From contig JYFJ02000602.1 of NCBI GenBank assembly GCA_000934665.2, positions 62,001-119,323 on the forward strand: DNA of 57,323 nucleotides, written 5' to 3'. The notes under the pieces are model-generated. The model made no database searches and was not told where the DNA came from. It saw only the letters and a program-made list of their open reading frames with translations. The translations under genes and the position numbers were made by a program. Positions 12,801 to 24,800 of this stretch are shown here, one piece after another. Numbering within the stretch: the first letter of the stretch is position 1; the number at the start of each line of letters is the position of its first letter. The DNA comes from Catajapyx aquilonaris. Its lineage: Eukaryota.

Positions 12801-15800
12801 TCACTTGACTCAAACCCAACCCCACTAGAGAGAGAAATCCGGGTTTTGGTTCCTTGCGAGACACGAATTTAATTTATAGTCTCTCTAATGACACCAGCAG
12901 AGCGTCAATTTCTCCTCCAAAATCGATTTTCGGGGGTAAACAATTCAATTTAGTTGGCCGCAGATGAGCGGTGTTGAGGATTAAAGATACCTTCCACCAT
13001 TTTTGGGGAAAGCATTATTGGGAAAAGCTTATATTTTTGCGAGCAGTAGTTGATTGTTAGATGGCGCCTGAAGGATGTTGTTTCGGGCGGCAAGATTGAA
13101 AAATTAAAGTGTAAGTGATGGGAAAAACATGGCTTCCGTTGCCGATAACAGGGTTAGAAAGGTATAGCGATTTTTTGGCCACAAATATGTCCATACGAAA
13201 AAAAATTAAATAAGCTGAAAGTGCAGGTAGAAATGTGTCCCACCCCATTTTTTTTGAAAGCTAGATTTCGGTTTAAACGAATTTTTGCGACAAATCACTC
13301 TTGCTTATTGAGTTTTTTTTTTCTTCCACTTTTTCCCAGAATTCACTTTTAAAGAATTGACCCGCGGCACAGATTTTTTCTTTTTTTTAGGGGGAAAAAA
13401 AGATGGTGTGACATTCGAAACGTGAAATCCAATCACTTTTTTTTTTATTGAACCTTCCTATATCCTTTTCTCGCAGAAAGGAAACCCGAAGTGGATTCTT
13501 TTGCCCCCCCAAAAAGGCAGGAAGGGAGGAAAATAAATACGTAAATATAGGAAGCTTTTGGCAAAAAAAAAAAATCGGGTTTGGCGGAAACTTGCAGTCG
13601 GCCGAAAGCGACTTGGTGCGAAACTATTTTGTAGTTGCAACAGGATGCGCTATTGATTTTTCAATTGGCTGCAGGCGACGTGCTAGGAAAACTTCTAAAG
13701 GCTATAGTCATCCGCTAAAGTCAGTAGTAGCTATTTGGTAAGGCTGAAAAAAGTAATACAGAGTATTTTGCAAGTTTAATTCAGGCTCTCTTTTTTTCAT
13801 CCGGAATTGGTGTGGTTAGATTGCCATGTTTAGGAATGTAATCCAGGAGGGAAACTATTACAGTCCGTTTTATGATATGGCTCCCACATTTGCTGGCCGC
13901 TTAAAAACAGTTAGCTGGCACGCTAACGCTGGTTTAAAATGGCAGTCAGCGTTTAATTACACATGTGAAGCGCGCGACGTATTATCGGCAGGTGGATTGC
14001 TATAATTTTGGTGGTAGAACTGTGCATACATACCGGAATTACTATTGGCACATACCGGTTCAGTGATAAATTTGGCGAAATTAAATTCGGCTGATTGCGA
14101 TTCGGCGACATTAGATTCGGCCAAAACTTATTCGGCGAACAGTGATTCGACCGACACAAATTTTTTTCACCCCGTAATGATATTCGTCGTTTCGTCAAAG
14201 ACATGTTCGCCGAATTGATTAGCCGAATTTAATTTCGTCGGATCGCTATCAGCTGAGACGAAACTTATTCGGCGAACAGTAATTAGGCCGTCCGAGGCCG
14301 TTTTTTTTGTCGTAATGATTGATATTAGGCGCACATTTCGTCAAAAAAAAATGTTCGCCGAATTTCTTGGCCGAATTTAAATTCGCTGAATCGCTATCAG
14401 CTGAATTTAATTAGGCCAAAACTTATTCGGCGAACTCTAATTCGACCGACATCATTTTTTTGCCGTAATGATATTCGTCGTTTCGTCAAAAATGTGTCAG
14501 CCGAATAATTTCTGTCCGAATTTAATTTCGTCGAATCGCTATCAGCTGAATATAATTCGGCCAAGCTTATTCGGCGAACTGTAATTCGACCGACATCATT
14601 TTTTTGTCGTAATGATATTCGTCATTTCGTCAAAAATGTGTTAGCCGAATAATTTCTGGCCGAATTTAATTTCGCCGAATCGCTATCAGCTGAATTTAAT
14701 TCGGCCAAAACTTATTCGGCGAACTGTAATTCGGCCGACATTTTTTTTTTTTTTTTGCCGTAATGATATTCATCATTTCGTCAAAAATTTGTTAGCCGAA
14801 TTGTTTGGTCGAATTTATTCCGAAGCACCTGAGTACATATGAACTACAGCCACTTTCTGACCTTGCAGGTTCGCCAATAAAGACTACTTGACAATAGAAG
14901 ACCTGCAATTGTTCCTGGAAGCCGAACAAGGGGTAAGTTGATAGCCCTATTTTTTTTTTCTCTCTCTCTCTCTCACTTCTATACCACCTACTATTGGTTG
15001 GTTTTTTCGCCTTCTCTTCTGTTCCGTTGCCTCACGCTTTTCTTTGATTAACGCTTGTGGGATCCTGCGAGCGTGATTGGGAAAGCTGGTGATTGATTGC
15101 TGAGCCTGGGATGGATCCGGGGGAAGATTGTTTGGATGAAGACTGAGAGGGTGGGAATGTGACCTTTGACCAGGGGTCAATCGGAATGAAAATCTTGGGG
15201 CTGGTTTGGGTTTGGGCCTGGAGTTGTAAGGTTTCATGTTGTTGACCAGATTTGGGTCGAAAGGTTAAGAAAATGTTGTGTCGATGTTTGGAGAACAATT
15301 GAGGCACGTCATCAGGTTTAAACATTTAAATTAGCACATGTTGCGCCATTTTTATTGCAGTGACGTACAGTGCAAGCTAATAAAACAGAGCCTTTAGGGC
15401 GAAATTGCACAATGGCGAAATTTCTACAACTGCTCATTTTTGCACCATCGATTATATTACAGCTGTCCTGTCCAACATCGGACATTTTTTTGTGCCCTTA
15501 AAGATTTCCGTTAACAAATATTTCCACTGCTGAATTCATATAAAATGCTGGTTGAGCAGGTGAACCAGTTTGTGTGTGTTGGGTTTGACTATGGATATTT
15601 CATGCTGTTAGCTGTGGCTATATCATAGCCTTACTATAGGATCGTGTGACGCCACGTGCATAGATTATCTAAAGGTCTCTAGAGCCCAGGTTCTCTCCAT
15701 GATTTCATTACCGACACCCCGAGTCAATTAAATGTCAAACGCCATGGCTGTCGCAAAGGAGGCGTCGGATCTTTTGACCAAAAATTTCGACCCAATTTCT

Positions 15801-18800
15801 AGATTACACGCTTGTTTCTAGTTGGATCTCGCCTTTGCCCCTCTCTAAGTACACGAGGTTTTGGATCGAAAGATCGATCCAGAGCTACTTAATAAGTCAT
15901 TGTGCCTGGGTTAAATTCATGGGGGGTGAGTAGAGCCCGAATTTAAAGGATTAAGCTATAGGGGGGGGGGGTCTAACTGCTGAATACTTATGTGGAGAAG
16001 TGACTGCTGACCTGTGGTTGACCTTTAGATGTCGGGGCCCACGCCGGAGAAGTGCAGGCAGATTATTGCAGAGTATGAGCCCAACCCTGAGGCCGGAGCC
16101 AATGGTCAGCTTCTCATCGATGGTGAGTCCACTCAGTCATTTACAGTGTGTTTTATATAGGTTCAAACCCATTTTTGAGGGCAAATTCAGAAACGTGTTG
16201 TTAAATTTTTAAAATATATTTTATACACTTTTTAAAATTTTCAAGTGTTTTCCACTCAAAATGAGCGATTTTCATTATTTCTTCCACTCTTTTTGAGTGA
16301 AAAGCACTATCACTTGAGTGATTATTTCACTCATTGAAAGATCCACTCATTTTCACTCTTCTTTGGAGTAATTCTGCACTCGATGTGAGTTAAAGTAAAT
16401 CTTACTGAATGAAATTCACTCAAAAAGCGCATTTTCCAAAATTGCTCCTTTTTTGAGTGGAATTTTCACTGGAATTGTTTTAGCGATTGTAAGCACCAAC
16501 TTGAGGGATTATTTCACTCATTGAAAGATCCACTCATTTTCACTCTTCTTTCGAATAATTCTGCACTCGATGTGAGTTAAAGTAAATCTTACTGAATGCA
16601 ATTCACTCAAAATGCGCATTTTCCAAAATTGCTCCTTTTTTGAGTGGAATTTTCACTCGATTTTTAAAAGAGATTGCCGATAAGCAAATTAAGAACTAGT
16701 GTCCTACATGTAGGACGCTAGGCATATCTGGGTTAATACTCTCATGCAGTTCATATTGAAGGAAACTGCCTTTTTGATGGCGTTGTCCCAAGTGTGAATA
16801 TGGCACTTGTTTAAGTGTCGGTACAGGTGCAGTGTAGTCGTAAAAGTGCGTTGCGGCCAATGGATTCAGAGGGTGTAAAAACAGTGTGTTGTAGCAGAAG
16901 TTGTCTTCCGGAGCAGACTTTTTTTTTAATGTTGTTTAAATTTTCGCAGCTGAGCTTGGCATCTTATGCCGATGCGGAACTTGCAATTTGGCATAGAGTG
17001 CACAATGGCCGACTAACGTCAGCCTTGTTGGCCGTGCTCGCAGTTTTTACCACGCCGGAATTATGAAATGGTTCAGAAACGCAGGATTGTAGACAACGTA
17101 ACGGCGCCATTCCGGAAAAGAAATGAGCTCTACGAAAATTGGGTTATGCTTTTATGGGCCAGCTTTTCGACAAATGCTAATACAACAATGTCGTCGAATT
17201 ACATTACGTAATGTGACATCGAGAAAAAATTTAGCCAAATTAGCACGGGTCTAATTATCTGCATGAACAATGCAGTCGCTAATAAATTAGGATGTAATTA
17301 AAACCATGGCGGCACGATTTAACGACGTGCCTTGTTCCTACCTTTAAAATAATAGCATGAAATGAATTTCTACGATATGCAATACCATCAAAGAGTTTCT
17401 CCGGTTTCTCTGTAGGGTTCACCAAATTCCTGCTGTCTTCCGAATGCGACATATTCGACCCGTCGCAACGATCAGTGTGCCAGGACATGACCCAACCACT
17501 GGCACACTACTTCATCTCGACCTCGCACAACACGTACCTCATGGAGGACCAGCTCAAGGGACCGTCGTCCATCGAGGGTTACGTCAGAGCTTTGGCCGCC
17601 GGCTGTAGGTGCATCAAAGGTTAGTTTTAAAGAAAAAAAAGAAGTCTGTCATTGACTCTCAAGCTTTTTAGCCGATGAACTTGGGTAATGTTGACGTCAC
17701 CGAGAGCTGTTGGCACTAATGCTTAAAGGCTTTTAGCCAATGAGCTGCAAGTGGTGCCGAGGTGTGATTTGACACTGCAGTGACGTCAATTGCCACTCGT
17801 TGTATTAAATTGCATTTAATGTCGCTCATTGCTTTGTCGCTGAAAAATGGCATCAAAATCATGGTTGCTGCCATGCCCCCTGCTGAAAAAGTAAGGTCAA
17901 AGACACTGAGCGCTAATTTAATGTTGCCTATTTTGGAGGCACCTAGGGGGCTGTAGACCCCTATTAAAAATCGTGCATGCATATTAGAAGCATTAGACGA
18001 AACTTGCGTTTTGATCCCACAACCAGGGTCGCTGCTCTCGCCACACCGTCAGTGGTATTGTAATTTACTGCCAGTACCTAAAAATTTCTGAAATTTTTCT
18101 TGAGGAAGATTATGCCATTCCGGATGATTTTTTAAAAAATTACATGCTTTTTGAAAAAGGAATCCCACCAAAAACTTCCTGTAAAAAAAGGCCAAGTTCT
18201 CCTGACTGCTTGGCCGTCAAAAGTGGTGATCTGAAATACGGCCAAGTTCAACGTCGTTACATGCTTTTTGAAAAAAGGAATGTTTTGCCATCCTATTGGC
18301 AACATTGGACGTGTCAGTCACCAGTGAGGCGTTAAAACTGTAATGAAGGTGTCTGGGCAGCCAGGCCATTAATTACGGAACAAGGGCTTGCATGTCTGCA
18401 TCTTTCGGTCCCGAGTGTCCCATCAAAACCTGGAAATAGAGTTTGCCCAAATTCTGCTCTGGGCCAACAAAAAAGGTCAAGCTAGAAACATCCCCCCAAT
18501 AATGAAGCTCTGGGATTCGATTTGCCAGGTCGCGCACCATCAAAATTTCCGGTTTTAAAGCCCGCCGGAAATGGCCATAAATTGCTAGTTTTGTTTGCCA
18601 GAAATAGTTGGCAACTTAGTTCTTTTGATTGTTAGGACACCCCCCTCTACCCCCCCCCCNGCCCTGGCTTGCACCCCCCCGCCTTCCCCCATCCTCCCCC
18701 CCAACTCTCTCTGAAATGGAGATGATCAATAGTTTCCTAGGGCTTATCCTCTCCCACTTTGTGCCGCTTGGCTCTCGGTTCCATATCGTAGCTCAAATTC

Positions 18801-21800
18801 GATTCGGTTACGGACAAAAGACACACTTTTGTTGTTGGTGCCAACAATAGGGTGCAAATATTTTTTTTAAAAACAAAAATGGCGCCATCCAGGCGTTTAT
18901 ATCTGGCGCCCTCTTGTTTTTTCGGAGCCGTAACTTTGGATGATATGACCGGTTTTTAATTTCTGAGGGGATATTATGGCCGGTTTTTTGTGGTTTTTTA
19001 GGTTAATTACTGTTTGGAGGGACAGTTATGGCAGATTTGTGGGATGAAGTTTATGGTCTGGCTGGAATTATTGGAACATTGAGTACAGTGTACAGGGTGT
19101 TCAAATTGGTCTTTATTCAGTGTTTCAGATGATAATAGGTGATTTCAAAATGAGAGGAAAAAATCATTTTCACCCCCAAATGTCCGTTAAACGTGCGTAA
19201 GTAACGGTTAAATATTTATTTTAGACTAGAAATCAGTAGATGGCACATGCTGCTACTTTCTAAGATTCTGTGGCGGCACGACATGACAGGATGGTAACAA
19301 ATGCATAAAGACACATCTAGAGAGGTGGGCCACATTCCGTCAGTTTCTAAGCAGTCATTACCACCGAGTGCACACAGGTGACATAGAAAATCGTTACCCA
19401 CTGACACTACTGTTTCATCCACACAACCGGAACCTACGTTGTTCTCCGCCTGCCAACCTCAAAAGGCCACAGTGTCTGCAAACAAGAATGATGGCGCCCA
19501 TGCCGAGTCCTCTCAGCAAAGAGGATTTCCCCTATATTTGCGTAACGACATGGAACTAGGTCTTGCTGCAACCCCCCTCCTCCTTCTGCTGTTCATCAAA
19601 GTTCGCGACTTTGCCTTCAGTCAGCTAGTTAAGTGGACGCAAACTCTGCATCGCATTCGTGTTTACAGCCCTGTGAAGAAGGTTTGCGTGGTCCGACCAG
19701 TTCCGGCCGGATGCGGAGGAATATCTACCATCAAAAGGGTCAACAGGCACACTCTACAGTAAAACCTGTTGGATATCTACAGATTTCACAGGTTTTACTG
19801 TGCCTTATTAATCACATATTTTACAATGTATGTCCCGTTGTTCCCGATGCAAATCTATACGGAGGACTCGACGTATCCCCCAGGGTGATCATTAGGGGTA
19901 GTTTTTAACGGGAAAGGTTTTTAGCACATTTGGACTTGACCTCCGAGGAGTCACAGGTTTTACTGTGCCGTATTAAATTGTGAACCTTCCTGGAACTTTC
20001 GTGTCTTATAATCGGTGTTGTTTCTTTCAGTGGACTGCTGGGACGGCATGGAGGAGCCGGTGGTGTATCACGGAAACACGCTGACTTCCAAGATCTACTT
20101 CCGTGACGTGATACAGGTCGTTAACGACTACGCCTTTGCAGTTTCAGAGTAAGTCATAGTATCGACGTGCGTATCCCCACCCTATAGAAGGTCATGTGTC
20201 ACTCACACGAGCCAAATTCACTTTTAGGGATTGGAAAAGCTTAAAAGGGAGTGTAATATAGATCGAATAGAATTTTCTCGTCCCCCTTAGAGAGGACTCA
20301 AATACGCCATAAAAGAAGAGTGCGGGGGTTGGTTCATTCTCTTAAAAGGACGCGCACTTGAAATATAAAATGGATGCACACAGTCCCCCTCCAAGTCCGT
20401 CTAAAAGGGTTGGCAATTTTGATGGCGTCGAGAGAGTTAAACTGGAAAAGAGGGGGGAAAAAATGACTGGGGTTCAGAGTTGGGGGGTGTTAATTTTAAG
20501 GGTCTCATTGTTTGCGGAGTGTATCAGGAGGGTTATTGCAGGGTTAGGCTCCATTCACATTACGGGCCATAAAACACGCTGTGCTGTAAGCTTACCGTGT
20601 GACGACGCCGTCATGGTGGAGTAGGCTCAAAAGTTGCGAAACAGCCGTTATCATAACTACAGACTACAGATGACGGGTGTTAGCCTGAAAGGTCATGGTC
20701 GGATTGTTGGGTGACTTTCGTACTAGGCGGTGCACTTCCCAAGTCGCAAGTGAAGAAGTTTAGTAGCCTATTATTTATTTAATTACGAGCAGAGAGTGCA
20801 TGCCCACGCCATCTGATGCACGCGGCAGGTAGCTCCCTTCACACTAAGTGGTCGCCGACGCCATCCGGTGGCATATAATCCACAAACTCAAAATTTGAGG
20901 GGTTTGTGGGCAAAAAGTGTGGATTTCATACTATTTCCTCTACCACTGTCCGAATTACTATCAGTGTGCCAAGTTTCACCTCTCTATGTAGTATGGAAGT
21001 GGGTTAGATAGCCCGGGCAAACTTTCAATTTGATATTGGGCGAATTTGTGAGCGTCTGTCGCTGTCGCTGCGACTATACATTCCTGCACACACCATACAT
21101 TAGAAACACTCCAATTCCTCCTCGTATGATGAACACCTCTGTCTGATCCTGACACTCAAATGTTGTGTGCAGATACCCGGTCATCATTCACCTGGAAAAC
21201 CACTGCTGCATACGGCAGCAGCGCAGGATGGCGAGACTAATGGTGGACGTGTTTGGCAAACGACTGTACCTGCACCCGCCAGATATGGGCCGGGAAGTGT
21301 GTCAGATGAGCCCAGAGGAACTCAAAGGAAAGATCCTCCTGCTGGTAACAGACGCACTCCTATATATCACTCTGGAGCAATCGGGGGGGAGACCCTGTTG
21401 AAATGGGTCTCTTCTCTCTCGTTTTTTTTCGTTCTGAATGTGTCTCTATCTTTGGCGACAGGGAAAGAAATTGAGTGGGGCGGTGGAGATAGACGCGGAG
21501 GGAGAGGTGTCGGAAGAGGACGAAAATGGGGACATTAGCCGATGGAGAGAACAGCCTAGGAAGACCCCGCTTTGTAAGGAACTATCAGAACTCTTCTGCC
21601 TAGGGAGGACCAGATTTGAGGACTTCCCTTCTGCCAGGCAAACTCGTAAGTGTTAATTACACTCACACTCCTACCCCAGCCTTATGGAGACCTCCGCTGA
21701 TAAGAGGCCTGTATAATACCGTGATCTGTATAATACCGTGACCTGTCTTCCATCAGAGGGGTCAAGAGAAATCTTCTCTATGAGTGAGTCCAGCTCTTCC

Positions 21801-24800
21801 AAGCTGGTCCACGCATGTCCTGAGGAACTTGGAGCCCACACCAACACCTTTCTGTGCAGGGTGTTTCCCAATGCCAGCAGAGTCGATTCGTCCAATTTCA
21901 ACCCGCAGGATTTTTGGAACTGCGGATGTCAGATGGGTGAGTGCAATATGGCACCTATGGGACTGGGAGATTGTATAGGTTTGAATTATCGAGGATGTTC
22001 AACCCAAAGGGGTCACTGCTAGGTCGATAGGGTGTGACCTATTTTTTTTTTAAAAAAAAAGTGTCTGGACCTTGAAGCGTGGTAGATTAATAGAGTTGGC
22101 GCTTTATCACACGCGAACACTGGACAGTGAATTATCAGCTTAATCCGTGGTAATCCTGATTGGGCGATTGTTGTGTGGCGGCAATTGCCACATGGATTAC
22201 CGCTGATTGCCCATATCACTACCCACTCTGGATCATTTTCTAGTCGGCCTGAACTTTCAAACTCCGGGTCAGATGATGGACCTACAAGAGGCACGGTTCC
22301 GGCAAAACGGCAACTGCGGTTACGTCCTGAAGCCATTAGCACTCCGGGACCCACTCTTCCTGTTCGGCGCAGCGGTCGGCTCTCGCGATGCCTTCCCTGG
22401 GATGTCACCGCAAATACTTCGCCTGAAGGTACAGTCACGAAGCGGCTCACATAAATTACCAGCCCCCCNCCCCCCCCCCGGATAATGGCTCTCAGGGCAT
22501 GGCTGTTTGTTTTTGCAGGTGATCAGTGGTCAGCACCTTCCCAGGCCGAGAGGCTCTACTGCAAAGGCCAATGTGATAGACCCGTACGTTTTGGTCCAAG
22601 TCTGTGGCATTCCAGCCGACTGTACAGGTACCGATGACTACAATGCATGTCCCGGGATGTAGAGTTAAACGTAAAATGTGTTGCAGAAAGGAAAACCAGG
22701 ACTGTGTCCAATGAAGGGGACTGCCCAGTGTTTGAGGAGACCTTCGAGTTTCCTATAGTCATGCCCGAGCTGGCTCTCATCCGTCTGGTTGTCCTGGACG
22801 ATGATTACATAGGGGATGACTTCATCGGCCAGTACTCCTGTCCGTTTGATTGCTTGCAGACAGGTCAGTACCGCAATAGCATGTAAAAGTAACGGCCATT
22901 ACAGTTTAGGGCAGACAATTTTGGACTCTGATATTACATATACACTTTTAGGTTACAGGCACATTCGTCTTCTGTCCAGCGGAGGCGAGCAACTCGAGAA
23001 CAGCTCCTTGTTCGTACACGTAGCCATCACGAATCGGAAAGGAGGAGGGGTAAGAGAAGTCGTTTACGAAGCGTTTGGGAACTTGTCATAACAAGTCCTT
23101 TGTCATTGGCAGAAACCTTTCAAGAAGTCCAAGTCGGACAAGATCCACACGGACATCCGCAGTGTGGGCTTGAAGCAATTGGATGAGTTGTTCAAGGTGA
23201 GTGGGCTGCTTTTATATACTACCCACCTATCAACACCAGGGGTTAACCTTTGGGAGGTTATCCGTCAAGAGTTATGTAACACTTTGCCCCAGCTTTTTTT
23301 GTGAAACCGATTTTTCGATCCAATCTGGAAACCACCGCCTCCTTATACCGCGCTTCCCATTTGTGTCAGGCCTAGCTTTAGACGAGGGGCCGTTACAGTA
23401 TTCATGCATCTTTTCACTTGGTTGGGATTAGCTTGCTATGTAAATGATGCAAATTTTGTTTAGGAGCCACTTCTTCTGGAGTATAACCCACTTTCCAGCA
23501 GCGTTACAAAGGGTATTTCCAGGGTATTTCAAAAAAGTGTAATATCCCTCGGAGGAACATTCGATGCAGTGTTGTGCATGAACTATGGGAAGTAATTTAA
23601 GTTAGGCACTAGATTAATTTTATAGTTAACATCAGTTAACATCTGCATCAAGCGGGATTGGACATGCCCGATGTCATATGATTGTGTCCCTTTCTAGAGT
23701 TCTGTACCGGTGCTGAGCGACGCTGTTCGTATGAGGACAGACGCTGAGTCTGCCCTGGAGGAGCTGAGGGCCGAGTGTGGCCTGGGGGACACCAGCAGTG
23801 TCCGGCAGTGCTTGAGGGTCCTGGCTCTGAGGCTGTCCACTTGCTCAGAGGTGCGTCACTTCAGCATCCAGGAGAGAGAGGGCTTCCCTTCCCTGGAGGT
23901 GGACACTGTTGGACCACTGGCCACCCAGCTGCAGAGATGCCTGGCTCACCTGGAGAGGGTGCTGGTGGAGAGTAAGGATGTGGTGGAGCAGGCTGGCCCT
24001 ATCCTGGAGAAGCTCCAGGACAGGCTGGCTCTTCTGCTGGACTTCTACGAGGAGGTGGAGACACAGTCCAGCAAGGGGAGGAAGTATGCTAGGATGCTGG
24101 AGAACTACTCCTGGAACATGAGGCTGCTCAGAGGTCAAGCGGATCTGCTCAGGGCATGTCAGAAGGAGAGCGCAGCAGCATTGCACCAGGTATCTATATT
24201 TTGTATCTCTTATCATTGAACAAGAATCGAACCCAGGACATCACAGCCAGTCGATACACGACTATGTTACAGAACTTTATTACCGGTATGGAGTAACTGT
24301 ATTGAAGCATCGTATGGCCTAGTTCTCTGGGAAAAATCGACTCAGTTTGGGCAAACTTTTCGGGGCTGTTTGATCCGCAGCTTGCTGTCCCCGAGGGTTT
24401 GCTTCCAAGTTTTAATTGAAACGTCGTTAGGGCAACAAGTGCGTTTTCTGCTTAAGGAACCGGACAAATTGAGAGCTGTAATTGGGGGAAAATGTATCAA
24501 CTCTTGTCCATAAGTGAGCAGCCATAATTGCGTGACGGTTAATTTGCATTGATTTAAATAAGCTCGTCGCTTGGTAATGCGGGAATTTTGCGCATGGCCG
24601 GATAATTAATTAATACCCGATATCAATAATTACAGTATGTGCATGCACGGACTTTCCCTTCATGTACATCAACGTATAAATTGTTGTTACGTAAATGTTT
24701 GAACAGCATCCAGACCCTGGCAGAACCCAAGCCAAGAATAATACCCATTGCCATTTCCGGTACTCTCAGTTTGTTTTTTTCCTCATCGCGCACATAACCC

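Noticed and set aside
20760..21010. Segment with TGTGCCAAGTTTCA motif typical of Helentron/DINE-like elements
   Set aside because: Termini could not be defined; insufficient to call.
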